64,000 bases of DNA from an uncultured delta proteobacterium (GTDB lineage: Bacteria > Desulfobacterota > Binatia > UBA9968): assembly GCA_963745035.1 (NCBI GenBank), contig CAVUVW010000014.1, forward strand, positions 288,001 to 352,000. The letters are read 5' to 3'. Shown here piece by piece: positions 46,319 through 56,608 of the stretch (position 1 is the stretch's first letter; each line of letters begins with the position of its first letter). Below the pieces are notes generated by a model. That model was given only the letters and a program-made list of their open reading frames with translations, searched no databases and was not told the origin of the DNA. A program made the translations under genes and the position numbers.

Positions 46319-47884
46319 CTATTTCGCGTAATCCACTGCGCGCATCTCGCGGATCACCGTGACCTTGACCTGGCCGGGATAGGTCATCTCGTTTTCGATC
46401 TTGCGCGCAACTTCACGGGCCATGCGCGAAGCGTCGTCGTCCGACACGATGTCGTGCTGCACCATGATGCGGATTTCACGCCCCGCCTGCACGGCATAGG
46501 ATTTTTCCACGCCTTTGAACTCGTTGACGATGCGCTCGAGCTCCTCGAGCCGCCTCGTATATGTCTCCATCATCTCGCGCCGCGCGCCGGGCCGCGCTCC
46601 CGAGAGCGCATCGGCCGCATCGACGAGCGGCGCCAAAATGGTCTCCGCCTTCACGTCCTCATGGTGCGCTGCAATGGCGTTGACGATCTTCGGAGACTCC
46701 CCGTACTTGCGCGCCAGCTCCGCGCCGATGATCGCGTGGGAACCCTCGACTTCGTGGTCGACCGCCTTCCCAATATCGTGCAACAACGCGGCGCGCCGCG
46801 CCTGTTTTTCGTTCAAGCCCAGCTCCGCGGCCATCCCGCCGCAGATAAACGCCGCTTCGATGGAATGCAGCAGCACGTTCTGGGCGTAGCTGTAGCGGTA
46901 CTTGAGCCGGCCGAGCAGCTTGATGATCTCCGGATGGACGCCATGCACGCCGACGTCGAAAATCGCCTTCTGTCCGGCCTCGCGGATCGCTTCGTCGAGC
47001 TCTTGCTCCGACTTGCGAACAACTTCCTCGATCCGGCCGGGATGAATGCGCCCGTCGGAGACCAGCTTTTCCAGAGATAACCGCGCGATCTCGCGGCGAA
47101 TCGGGTTGTGACCGGAAATCACAACAGTCTCCGGCGTATCGTCGACGATCAAATCGATGCCGGTTGCCGCTTCCAGGGCGCGAATATTGCGCCCTTCGCG
47201 GCCGATGATCTTGCCCTTGAGCTCATCATTCGGCAACGGAAACACCGTCACCGAGCGCTCGGCGACGAAGTCGCCGGCGAGCCGCTCGATCGCTAACGCG
47301 ATGATCTTCTGGCTCTTGCGCACGGCTTCTTCCTTCGCTTCCTCTTCGATCACACGAATGCGCTTGGCCGACTCATGTTTGGCTTCATCCACCATCTGAT
47401 CGACGAGGCCGCGCCTGGCCTCCTCGCGGGTCAAACCCGCGACTTGCTCGAGCTGCCGCCTCGCCTCGTCAATTTGCCGATCGCATTCCAGAGCTTTGTC
47501 TTCGATGTTCTTTTCCCGCGCTTTGAGCGACTGCTCGCGTCGCCCCAACTCGGCCTCACGCTTATCAAAGGACTCTAGCCTTTTGTCGATCCCCTCTTCC
47601 TTGCCGATCAAGCGTTTTTCTTGATTCTGCAATTCACGGCGAGTGTCTCGCACCTCCCTTTCGAACTCCGCTCTCTCCCTGAGCACGCTGTCTTTGGCTT
47701 GGAGCTCGGCTTCTTTTTTGATCGCCACCGCATCTTTTTTTGCTTCCTCGATGATGCGCTCCGCGCTGTTTTTGGCCGCGTCGGTCTCCGCGTGCGCGCG
47801 CCGGCTTCGGCCCCAAACCACCGCCGCGGCGGCGGCGACCCCGCCAACCAAGCCAATCAATGCCATCCATAAACTCTGTTCCAC
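46319..47884 (-). CDS. rny: Ribonuclease Y
   Basis: N-terminal TM, coiled coil, KH ([12 protein letters not shown]), HD (LLHDIGK). Confidence 0.97.
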   Translation of the reverse strand: MEQSLWMALIGLVGGVAAAAAVVWGRSRRAHAETDAAKNSAERIIEEAKKDAVAIKKEAELQAKDSVLRERAEFEREVRDTRRELQNQEKRLIGKEEGIDKRLESFDKREAELGRREQSLKAREKNIEDKALECDRQIDEARRQLEQVAGLTREEARRGLVDQMVDEAKHESAKRIRVIEEEAKEEAVRKSQKIIALAIERLAGDFVAERSVTVFPLPNDELKGKIIGREGRNIRALEAATGIDLIVDDTPETVVISGHNPIRREIARLSLEKLVSDGRIHPGRIEEVVRKSEQELDEAIREAGQKAIFDVGVHGVHPEIIKLLGRLKYRYSYAQNVLLHSIEAAFICGGMAAELGLNEKQARRAALLHDIGKAVDHEVEGSHAIIGAELARKYGESPKIVNAIAAHHEDVKAETILAPLVDAADALSGARPGARREMMETYTRRLEELERIVNEFKGVEKSYAVQAGREIRIMVQHDIVSDDDASRMAREVARKIENEMTYPGQVKVTVIREMRAVDYAK

Positions 47885-47905
47885 GGACAACACCCCCTTT
47901 CAGTG

Positions 47906-48520
47906 CTACCGAGCGATCCGTCCCAGCGGCGACTCGCCGCAGTCGATCACTCTGGATTCGGTAATCACATAGTGAACTCTTTCGTCCCACGGCTGCGCCG
48001 GCACGCGATCGATGAGCTGAAATTCGTAAGCCAGCCCGACGTAGACACCGCGTGCGCCCAGTGATCGCAGAGCCCGATCGTACCAGCCGCCGCCCCGGCC
48101 CAAACGGTGGCCGTGGCAATCAAACAGCACCCCGGGAACGATGACAATCAAGCTGTCGCGCGCCGCACCGGTCAACTCGGCCGTGCGTGCCGATCCGGCG
48201 GTTCCAGGAAGTCCCCGCAGGTGATCCTCGTTGGAGAGAATCTGAACAAAAACGCCCAGCTCCTCCCGGCCAAGCTCTGGAACAAAGACTTTTCTGTTAT
48301 GCCCAAGCGCATGGTCGATAATCGCGCTGGTATCGACCTCATTGCCCAAGGCGCGATACGCCGCCACCGAGCGGGCGACGCGATACTGCGGAAGATCGAG
48401 GATCTTGGCTTGGATCGACCTGCTCCAGGAACGGCAAATTGCCGGATCCAGCGCCGCCCGGCGTTTCAACGCCGCGCTACGCAGCCCGTTCCTGGTCTCT
48501 TCCATCGCTGCGCTCGGCAT
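47906..48520 (-). CDS. 5-formyltetrahydrofolate cyclo-ligase
   Basis: NEVDT, IVPGVLFD..G.RLGRGGGWYDR, P.QPWD. Confidence 0.9.
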   Translation of the reverse strand: MPSAAMEETRNGLRSAALKRRAALDPAICRSWSRSIQAKILDLPQYRVARSVAAYRALGNEVDTSAIIDHALGHNRKVFVPELGREELGVFVQILSNEDHLRGLPGTAGSARTAELTGAARDSLIVIVPGVLFDCHGHRLGRGGGWYDRALRSLGARGVYVGLAYEFQLIDRVPAQPWDERVHYVITESRVIDCGESPLGRIAR

Positions 48521-48584
48521 ACATCTGCGAGCGGCCGGAAGAGATGAAGAGAAAAGTTTTCTGGCGGAAAAAGGCGCGGTTAAA

Positions 48585-48762
48585 GATCTGATCGCGGATG
48601 CGGTGCGGTCGGACCCCTCGACAATCGCGTTCCGGCGCAAAACCGGACGCGAACCAGGCATGCCATCGTCGACGGCATGCCCACCGTCATGCTGGGAGTT
48701 TCCGTTATTGGCTGCCGCATTTTACGCGAACGGAAGAACAAAAAAATCCAACGGATCAGATC
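48585..48762 (-). ncRNA. ssrS: Candidate 6S RNA
   Basis: Canonical position between zapA and the cyclo-ligase gene; GATCTGATC/GATCAGATC closing stem spans 178 nt with a central hairpin at 48657-48681; primary consensus not recognised. Confidence 0.45.
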
Positions 48763-48850
48763 CATTGCTATCGTTTTTCCCCATTCCCTCATCTTCCCAC
48801 GCCGCCTCATTAAGGCATTCCCCGATTGGGGAATAATTACCTTAACAGTG

Positions 48851-49129
48851 TTAACCCTCCTCGCTTAACCTCGTCGAAAGTTTCTTCGATAGTTGATCTA
48901 GTCGAGTCAAAATGGCCTCGTGCGTATCCTTCAAGCGATAATACTCATCTGCAATGTTGAGCGCGGCCAGCATCGCGACATTGGACTTCGCCACCGCCTT
49001 GGGCGAACGCATGAGCTCCTGCATTTTTCCATCGACATAGCCGGCCACCTTCAGCATGTAAGCCTCTTCGGCGTCGCTGCTGATGGTGAACTTCTGGCCG
49101 AGAATCTCTACGTCTAACGCCTTTTTCAT
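48851..49129 (-). CDS. zapA: Cell division protein ZapA
   Basis: VEILGQKFTI..VAGYVDGKM..AMLAALNIADE. Confidence 0.93.
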   Translation of the reverse strand: MKKALDVEILGQKFTISSDAEEAYMLKVAGYVDGKMQELMRSPKAVAKSNVAMLAALNIADEYYRLKDTHEAILTRLDQLSKKLSTRLSEEG

Positions 49130-49147
49130 CGAGCCACCCGGCATCGT

Positions 49148-49381
49148 CTACTCCGCAAGCTGCAAATTGGCGAACTGACCGATAATCTTGTCGAGCTTCT
49201 CGCGCAATTCGAGTCGCTCGCGCTCGTATTGCCGGATCTGGCCTTTCAGGTGATGCCATTCGCTCTCTTTTTCCCGCAGCCTCTTTTCGATCGCTTCCTT
49301 TTCCGTCTTCATGCGCTCATGGTTTTCGAGCAATCGGTCGATGGTCGCTTCCAATTTTTCAATGTTGTTATGGGGAGCCAT
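49148..49381 (-). CDS. ZapB-like coiled-coil protein
   Basis: 77 aa coiled coil immediately upstream of zapA. Confidence 0.7.
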   Translation of the reverse strand: MAPHNNIEKLEATIDRLLENHERMKTEKEAIEKRLREKESEWHHLKGQIRQYERERLELREKLDKIIGQFANLQLAE

Positions 49382-49517
49382 GTTTTCGCGTGCGGCAAAA
49401 CTTCATGTTTGAGTTTAGTTTCAACGTTTCACCTTGTCAAGTTGAACCTCAGCGTGACAATCGTCCACAGCGTGGCGTCAAAATCCGGACGGGCGACCAA
49501 ACCGCATGACTTTGCGT

Positions 49518-49955
49518 TCACCGCCTTGTCGCGTCGGTTGCGGTTGGCTCATCGTAACCAAGAACGGTCTCCCACGGCACGCTGCAGTGCGCCACAACCA
49601 ATGTATCGAAGCGCTCCCACCACGCCAGATCTCTCCCTTCTCTACTCAGAAAGCGGACCATTTGCAGCATATCGTTGATCTCCGAGGGGCGGAGCGCCGG
49701 AGCGAAAGCGGGCATGACGCCCGCACCTTCGGCGATGATTTTGCGAATTTGACCATTGCTCTTTTTTTGAACCGTGTCGCGAAAATCGGGAGGCCGCACC
49801 GGCAGTGCCGCCGCCAGGGGACCATCGCCGACACCTCCCGGTCCATGACAATTAAAGCAGCGCTCGGCGTAGAGCGCGTCCATGCGCTCATTCCGCCCGC
49901 AGCCGACAGTCAAAGCGATCAATAGAAGTATCGGCAAAATAAATTTTCCCGGCAC
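49518..49955 (-). CDS. Monoheme cytochrome c lipoprotein
   Basis: LTVGC lipobox, CFNCHG..G.GDGP, MPAF distal Met; start GTG inferred. Confidence 0.85.
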   Translation of the reverse strand: MPGKFILPILLLIALTVGCGRNERMDALYAERCFNCHGPGGVGDGPLAAALPVRPPDFRDTVQKKSNGQIRKIIAEGAGVMPAFAPALRPSEINDMLQMVRFLSREGRDLAWWERFDTLVVAHCSVPWETVLGYDEPTATDATRR

Positions 49956-50009
49956 AACTAAACGCCTAGCACGACGACTCTGGTGATGCCAATCTCCGGT
50001 GCGCGGATT

Positions 50010-50034
50010 TGACACGAAGTGAAATTTCGTGTTA
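50010..50034. promoter_or_regulatory. Putative NikR operator 1 overlapping a TTGACA -35 box
   Basis: TGACACGAA-7-TTCGTGTTA palindrome = TGACA-N15-TGTTA. Confidence 0.65.
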
Positions 50035-50049
50035 CGCATTGGTACGATC

Positions 50050-50466
50050 ATGCATCACTTATCGCGCTTCGGCGTTTCGCTGGAAGAAGATCTGCTGGCG
50101 GCTTTTGATGTCAACATTGCCGGAGTCGGTTATCAAAACCGCTCCGAGGCCATCCGCGACCTGATTCGCGATTACTTGATCCAAAAGAAAATCGGGCAGG
50201 GCGACACGGAGGTAATCGGCGTAGTGACACTGGTCTACGATCATAGAGTCCATCGTTTGAGTGATGTTTTGGCGGACATGCAGCACAAGGCCGAGGTCGC
50301 CGTAAACGCCAGCCTGCATATTCATTTGGACGAACACAACTGCCTTGAAGTGATCGTCATCCGCGGGCGCGGCGACAAAGTTCACGAGATCGCGGGTAAG
50401 CTGATCGCCACGAAAGGCGTGCAGAACGGCAAGCTCGTAACCACCACCGCCGAAATGAAGCACTAA
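50050..50466 (+). CDS. nikR: Nickel-responsive transcriptional regulator NikR
   Basis: RFGVSL ribbon, NRSEAIRDLIR, Ni ligands MQH / HIH / NC(LEV). Confidence 0.95.
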   Translation: MHHLSRFGVSLEEDLLAAFDVNIAGVGYQNRSEAIRDLIRDYLIQKKIGQGDTEVIGVVTLVYDHRVHRLSDVLADMQHKAEVAVNASLHIHLDEHNCLEVIVIRGRGDKVHEIAGKLIATKGVQNGKLVTTTAEMKH

Positions 50467-50482
50467 AATTTTTTGCCGTGGA

Positions 50483-50509
50483 GTAACACGAAATTGCAAT
50501 ACTTGCTAT
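50483..50509. promoter_or_regulatory. Putative NikR operator 2 upstream of the MFS-TonB operon
   Basis: GTAACA-N15-TGCTAT; left half GTAACACGAA is the exact reverse complement of TTCGTGTTAC in operator 1. Confidence 0.6.
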
Positions 50510-50527
50510 TGGACGAGGCCGCTTGAA

Positions 50528-51793
50528 ATGAATCAGCACCAACACCATCACGACTCCGCCACCGGCGGGGGCCGCGACCACGGCGCCTCGGCGCTGACTC
50601 TGGTAAGCCTGGCGCACGGCGTTAACCATGCGCAGTCGGCGCTTAAGCCGCTGGTGTTTCCCCTCGTTCTTCGGGAACTGAATTTCGGCTACAGCGAGCT
50701 TGGCATCATGCTCGGCGTCGCCGCTGCGGTGGGCGGATCGCTGCAACTGGCCGCGGGAGCCCTTGGTCGTATTCTGCCGCGTCATCTCATATTGGGTTTG
50801 GGCAATGCCTCCGTCGGTGTTTGCTTCGTTCTCGTCGGGCTGGCGCAAAATTTTTTCCAATTTTCTCTCTGGACCGTGATGTCCCGGGTCGGTGGCGCCG
50901 CGCAGCACCCGGTGGGCAGCGCGCTCCTGTCACATCATTTTCAACGGAAGAAACTGGGCGTCGCTCTAGCGACGCACTTCACCGCCGGCAATATCGGAAC
51001 CGCGGTGATTCCTTTGGCCGCCGCGATCCTGATCGGCCTGTGGGGTTGGCGCGTCACGACAATTCTTTTTGCGGTGCCGGCGATCCTGGTTGGCGTGGCC
51101 ATGTGCATCTGGCTCAAGGATCCGGCCGCCAAAAGCCTCGGTGAATCCGAAAAACCCGCTTCGTTCTGGCAGGACAGCCGTCATGCCATCGGCAATCGGA
51201 ACCTGCGCTGGATCCTGGCTGCGGCGATCGTCGCCGCAGGCGGATCGGGCCACGGGATTATTTCAAGCTTTCTGCCGCTCTATCTCAATCACAATCTCGG
51301 CATGGATGCCCCGACGGTCGGAGTTATTTTCACGATTATGAGCGTGGGGAGCATCGTCGGCCCGATGCTTACCGGGAAGCTCAGCGATCGATACCACCCG
51401 CAGCGCGTGCTCCTGGTCTGTTACGCGCTCTCTGCCGCAACGGCGTTGATCTTGCCCTGGCTCGGCGCCAGTTTGATGGGCGTCTCGCTGGCGGTGTTCG
51501 CCTTGGGTGTCGTCGCGTTCGGCACGAATCCGATTTTGCAAACGCTCGTCGCGCAGTCGTCGTCCGATCGCCTTCGCGACACCGGTTTCGCATGGTTTTA
51601 TACCGCGACGTTTTTCGCCGGCGCGCTATGGTCTCCTGCCGTCGGCTACCTGAGCGAATGGCTGGGCTTGAAGGCCGCCTTCGGCGCCATGGCGGCGTCA
51701 TTCGTTTTGGCGAGCATGTGCGTCCTGCTCGGTCGTCTGCATGAAATCGCCGTCGATCACGAGCATGGAATCGCCGCACACACTCACCACTAG
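50528..51793 (+). CDS. MFS transporter with His-rich termini
   Basis: About 12 TM segments, GKLSDRY motif, N-term HQHHH, C-term HEHGIAAHTHH. Confidence 0.9.
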   Translation: MNQHQHHHDSATGGGRDHGASALTLVSLAHGVNHAQSALKPLVFPLVLRELNFGYSELGIMLGVAAAVGGSLQLAAGALGRILPRHLILGLGNASVGVCFVLVGLAQNFFQFSLWTVMSRVGGAAQHPVGSALLSHHFQRKKLGVALATHFTAGNIGTAVIPLAAAILIGLWGWRVTTILFAVPAILVGVAMCIWLKDPAAKSLGESEKPASFWQDSRHAIGNRNLRWILAAAIVAAGGSGHGIISSFLPLYLNHNLGMDAPTVGVIFTIMSVGSIVGPMLTGKLSDRYHPQRVLLVCYALSAATALILPWLGASLMGVSLAVFALGVVAFGTNPILQTLVAQSSSDRLRDTGFAWFYTATFFAGALWSPAVGYLSEWLGLKAAFGAMAASFVLASMCVLLGRLHEIAVDHEHGIAAHTHH

Positions 51794-51823
51794 GAAATTG
51801 CATGTACATTTGGAGAGTCGGTA

Positions 51824-53860
51824 ATGCGTTTTGCAGCTTTGATTATTGCGGGACTAATCTCTTACTTTACTCCACTTGACGCGAAAGGAGCCGATGCAGG
51901 TAGTCCGGTCGAAGTTTACGTATGGGAACAGCAGCCAATGTCGGCCGCAACCGAGCAAACAAGGTGGCAAAGAGACTTGGAACTCCGTCCATCGAACACG
52001 CCGAGCGATGTCATGCGGCTAACGCCCGGATTGATCATCGGCCAACATCACGGCGGCGGCAAAGCCGATCAGATTCTTTTTCGCGGTTTCGACTCGGATC
52101 ACGGCACTGATTTCGCGGTCTTCATCGACGGGATTCCGGTGAACATGGTGAGCCACGCCCACGGCCAGGGTTATGCAGACATGCACTGGTTGATTCCGGA
52201 GACGATTGAACGAGTGGAAATCTACAAGGGACCGTACTTCGCGCACCTGGGCGATTTTGCCACCTCCGGAGCGATGAACATCATCACTAAACGGCGCGAC
52301 AAGGACAGCACAATTACTTTGAGCGGCGGCAGCTACAACACTCAGCGTTACGTCGGCATTTTTGCGCCCCCGGAAACAATTCCTCTCCGTCCGTACATCG
52401 CCGGTGAGATCTACCATAACGACGGGCCGTTCAAGAACGAGAACAATTACATTCGCTACAACCTCCTTGCTAAGCTCGGCCTCTATTCCACCGCCAACTC
52501 GAATCTGAATTTCCTCGGCACTTTTTTCAAAACTGACTGGGACGCATCAGGTGAAATTCCGGCGCGCTCCGTGCGCAGCGGCGAAATCGGCCGCTTCGGC
52601 TCCTTCGATCCGAGCGAAGGCGGCAAGTCCGAGCGCCAGAACCTGAGTCTGATCTACAACTACACAGACGCCAATCAGTCGTTTAACGCGCAGACCTGGG
52701 CAGGCTGGTATAGGCTCCAGCTCTGGTCCAATTTCACTTTGTTTTTTAACGACCCGGTCAACGGTGACGGCATCGAACAAAAGGACAAGCGATTCCTCGC
52801 CGGCAACAACATCAATTATCGCCGCAACTACCGTCTCTGGAACCTGCCGATGGAGACGTTCGTCGGCTTTCAGAGCCGCTTCGATCACATCCGCGTCGGG
52901 CTGTTCAACCAGACCGACCGTCGGCGCCGCGAGACCGTGAAAAATAACAATATCGAGCAAACAAATCTTGGCTGGTTCGTGCAGCAGGAGATTCAACCGG
53001 CGTCCTGGCTGCGAACTCAGATCGGCGCGCGTATGGACAACTTCTGGTTCAACGTCGATCAGATCGGCAATGTTACCGAGCCCATCGCCGGCAACGGCTC
53101 CGATACAATCGTCAATCCCAAGCTCAATTTCATTTTCACTCCGTTCAAAGACGGCGAGGTCGCCAAAACCACGAATTTATTTCTCAATTTCGGCGGCGGC
53201 TTCCACAGCAACGACGCGCGCGTTTTCGTGCAAGATTCTAAAAAAGAGATACCGCGCTATTGGGGCGGCGAGATGGGCGCCAAGTCGCGTTTCTTCGATC
53301 GTTTGGACGTGACACTCGCCTACTGGCGGTCGTATCTGGAAAGCGAGCTAGTATTCGTCGGCGACGAAGGCGGATTTCGAGCCGAGCGGCGCGAGCAACC
53401 GCCACGGCGTAGAAAGCGAGTTCCGCTACGATATCCTTTCCTGGCTATCCTACGATCTCGATCTTTCGTACACCTGGGCGAAATTCACCAACGGCGATAA
53501 AGTGCCCTCTCGCGCCGCGTTTTCTCGCGCTCACCGGACTCACTGCGCGCCACGAATCCGGCCTCCAGGCGCGTCTTGCAGATGCGTCACGTCGGCCGGC
53601 GCTACGGCATCGAAGACGGCAGCATCAAGACTCCGTCGTCGACGGTCTTTGACCTCTTCTTGAAATACGTCTGGAAGCGCTATGAGTTTTTCGTCGAGTT
53701 CCAGAACCTGGCCAACACGAAATATCGCGCCGCCGAGCACGTTTTCGAGTCGCGCACTCCGGGCGAAGTGTCCGGCGGGCTGCCGGGAAGGCTCGATTCT
53801 CACTTTACGCCCGGCGACCCGTTTACCGTGAAGGCTGGAATCACGGTTCATATGTGGTAG
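51824..53860 (+). CDS. TonB-dependent outer membrane receptor (candidate Ni/Co), frameshifts at about 53375-53575
   Basis: Plug QHHGGGKADQ..RGF..DHGTD, HAHGQGY, IERVEIYKGP; C-terminal aromatic residue (ITVHMW). Confidence 0.9.
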
Positions 53861-53926
53861 AAAAATGTATTTTTAAACCGCGTCGATCGAGCTTTGCAGG
53901 GATGCGCGTGATTTACGGAAAGCGCA

Positions 53927-54745
53927 GTGAGAGCCGAGAGTTTCAGCATACCGCTCCTTTCATCCATCTCGATTCACGGCTGCGCGATCTTGGTCGCTTC
54001 TTTCCTGCTTCAAGGGAAGGTGCCGCGTCAGCAAAATTATTTTCCGGTACGCTTAATCGAAGCGCCAGAGTTGCAGAATCGGAACCATCTCAAACCTGCG
54101 ACGCGCCAGAAACAAGACCACCGCCGCAGCACAAAGTCAAAGAACGAACCGACAAAGATCACAAAGCCGACCGCGAAGTCCCCAACGGTTACACCGACCC
54201 CGACGCTTCCCGCGACCAAGCCGCAAGAACCGGTAAAGAACGCAGAAACTAAAACAGCCGCGCCGGCAGCGAGCGAGACTCCGGCGAGTGCCATCGTTAA
54301 CAAAGATGGAGAGGACGGCGGTAGCCCTGCCGGCGCAATAGCTTCATCCGGTTCCGGTAATGTGGGAGTCGTTCCCGGCACTGCTACCGGTATAGGCGGC
54401 GGAGGCACAGCGCCTTTAGGTTTAGGCCGCGGTGCCGGCGCGCCAGGATCGCCCGTCCAATCCGTGTTCCGCGCCAATCGCGAAGCCAAGCCGATTCAAA
54501 CCGCGCGGGCGAATTATCCGCCCATGGCGCTGCGGAGCGGCCTGGAAAGCGACGTAACCTTGAAAATCGAAGTCGATCCTCAAGGCAACGTGACCAAAGC
54601 AGAGATTACAAAGAGCGGCGGCGGGGGATTCGACGAAGAAGCCCTCAAGGCGGTAAAGCAGTCGCGCTTCGAGCCGGCGCACCGCGACGGCGAGAATATC
54701 GCGGCCGAATTCACCTATGTCTACCGGTTCCGGATCAGACGATGA
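53927..54745 (+). CDS. tonB: Energy transducer TonB
   Basis: SISIH TM anchor, Pro/Lys-rich linker, YPPMA..G.E..V, FDEEALKAVKQSRFEPA. Confidence 0.9.
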   Translation: MRAESFSIPLLSSISIHGCAILVASFLLQGKVPRQQNYFPVRLIEAPELQNRNHLKPATRQKQDHRRSTKSKNEPTKITKPTAKSPTVTPTPTLPATKPQEPVKNAETKTAAPAASETPASAIVNKDGEDGGSPAGAIASSGSGNVGVVPGTATGIGGGGTAPLGLGRGAGAPGSPVQSVFRANREAKPIQTARANYPPMALRSGLESDVTLKIEVDPQGNVTKAEITKSGGGGFDEEALKAVKQSRFEPAHRDGENIAAEFTYVYRFRIRR

Positions 54746-54774
54746 GACACTGCGTTTCCTGAAAGGAGATCGAC

Positions 54775-55383
54775 ATGGCAAGCTTCTCGCACTCGCATCA
54801 CCACCACCACGATCCGCACGATTGGGCATCAGCCGAGTATGTCGCCAAGTGGGCTAAGGGCCAGGATCCGAAAGAGGCCGGTCGCCGGCAGGCGTTTAGT
54901 TTGCTAGCGGATACAATCCCGTACGAAAAGCAGCAGCCGATCACGATTCTGGACCTCGGCGCCGGTTACGGCGCGCTGACGAAATTTCTTCTCGAACGAT
55001 TTCCACAAGCGACGGCGATCTGTCAGGACGGGTCGGAGGAAATGGCCAAGCTCGGCCGTGAGCGCATGAAAGAATTCGCAGGACGTTTTGAGTACGTCGT
55101 GGCCGATTTCAGCCGTCACGGTTGGAGTAAGCTGGTGCCGGGGCCGTTTGCCGCCGTCGTTTCCTCGATCGCCATTCACAACGTGAATAGTCCAAAGATC
55201 ATCCGCGGAATCTACGATGATGCCTACACGCTGGTTCAATCCGGCGGTTGCTTTTTGAATTTCGATCGGCACGAGCCGCCTATTGACGACCAGATGAAGT
55301 GGCTTCGCGGCGCCGGATTCAAAGACGTGCAGTGTTTCTGGCAGGATGACCATCGCGCTCTGTTCGGCGGCTTTAAAAAGTAG
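54775..55383 (+). CDS. Class I SAM-dependent methyltransferase with His-rich N-terminus
   Basis: AGGAG RBS, HSHHHHHDPHD, ILDLGAGYG, VSSIAIH. Confidence 0.88.
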   Translation: MASFSHSHHHHHDPHDWASAEYVAKWAKGQDPKEAGRRQAFSLLADTIPYEKQQPITILDLGAGYGALTKFLLERFPQATAICQDGSEEMAKLGRERMKEFAGRFEYVVADFSRHGWSKLVPGPFAAVVSSIAIHNVNSPKIIRGIYDDAYTLVQSGGCFLNFDRHEPPIDDQMKWLRGAGFKDVQCFWQDDHRALFGGFKK

Positions 55384-55480
55384 GAATGGAAGCATGGGCG
55401 CTCGGTCTTCACAATCTTCATAACACCGGTCGCTTTCGCTCGTCCAACAATGATGCTTAATACGTCAAGAGGAGAGCAAG

Positions 55481-55903
55481 ATGGCAGGACGCAAATGGAC
55501 TGTTGCGGCTACGTTGATCCTGGTGCTGTCGCTGCCACCTTTCGTCCAGGCGCAGCACGACCATTCAAAAGGCCACCAGCCGCCGACGCAGACTAAGCCG
55601 ACCAAACCGGCAAAACCGGCGCTCAAACCGGCCGAGGGCGCAAGCATCAAGATCGTTGCGCCGAGCAAAGGCCAGGTCCTCAAAGGCGACAAGATCCCTA
55701 TCGAATACAAACTCACCAAGGGCAAGCGCGGACATCACGCTCATGCTTATGTCGATGGTGAATTGATGGGAATGTTCGAAAGCGAAAAAGGCACGCTCAA
55801 CGGCATCAAGCCCGGCAAACATATCCTCGAGCTGCGCGTCGTAGCGGCCGATCACGTAACCGAACTGGACGCCAGCGACAGGGTCGAATTTACGGTCAAG
55901 TAG
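55481..55903 (+). CDS. Secreted His-containing Ig-like candidate metal-binding protein
   Basis: Signal peptide then QHDHSKGH; GHHAHAYVDG and PGKH..ADH motifs. Confidence 0.7.
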   Translation: MAGRKWTVAATLILVLSLPPFVQAQHDHSKGHQPPTQTKPTKPAKPALKPAEGASIKIVAPSKGQVLKGDKIPIEYKLTKGKRGHHAHAYVDGELMGMFESEKGTLNGIKPGKHILELRVVAADHVTELDASDRVEFTVK

Positions 55904-55976
55904 AGCTGCATTTCAAAATCGATCGACCGCTTGCGAACTGCCGGCCGTTCCGCCTAGGATAGTGCTCAGAAACGCG

Positions 55977-56390
55977 ATGAAAGCACGAAGACCAGTTTCG
56001 AAGCTTCAGCGCGGCCTCTACCTGAGCGCCGCTGCCGCGTTTTGTTTCTTCCTGATCGCGTCCGCTCCCCATCGAGTGCATCATTTTTTCGAGCAACTGG
56101 CCGAATCTTCCGAGCATCACGCCGTTCACGCCGAAACACACGAGCACACCGGAATCGCCCATGATCATCACGACCATGATCATCACGGCCGCGATCACGG
56201 TCAACGGCGGCAGCAAGAAACCGACTGTGTGGTCTTGTCCGTCGCGCAGAACGCGCATGCATCTCTCGTGCAACCGTTTAGTTTTGCCATCTTCGAATCC
56301 GAGGTTACGCGCCGGCACGAACCGCGCGTCGTAGACGCGTCATCGTTCAATCCCGCACCTCGCTCTCAGCGCGCGCCACCGCTGGCCTAA
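55977..56390 (+). CDS. His-rich DUF2946/CruR-like leader protein ending in RAPP
   Basis: N-terminal TM, His tract, DCVVL, C-terminal PRSQRAPPLA-stop. Confidence 0.7.
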   Translation: MKARRPVSKLQRGLYLSAAAAFCFFLIASAPHRVHHFFEQLAESSEHHAVHAETHEHTGIAHDHHDHDHHGRDHGQRRQQETDCVVLSVAQNAHASLVQPFSFAIFESEVTRRHEPRVVDASSFNPAPRSQRAPPLA

Positions 56391-56430
56391 GTTTTTCCGA
56401 GCTACTTTCAGTGTCAAGTTAAGTTGTCTG

Positions 56431-56456
56431 CTTTCGACAATATCCTTTGTCGAAAG
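56431..56456. promoter_or_regulatory. Perfect 10-bp hairpin downstream of the RAPP ORF
   Basis: CTTTCGACAA-TATCCT-TTGTCGAAAG. Confidence 0.55.
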
Positions 56457-56608
56457 AGAGCTTACGTATTGGCGCCTTACCACTTAGGGACCGTGTCTGC
56501 TGCTTTCGGGTCATTTGGACCGTCAATCGAGCGAGGTTCGCGTAGTGGTAGGCGCAAAAGCGATTCGCCTGATGATCCATTCATCGGTGATCAGGTAGGT
56601 AATTTTCT

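Noticed and set aside
55415-55445. Third NikR site (ATAACAC half-site)
   Set aside because: No matching second half-site at N15 spacing
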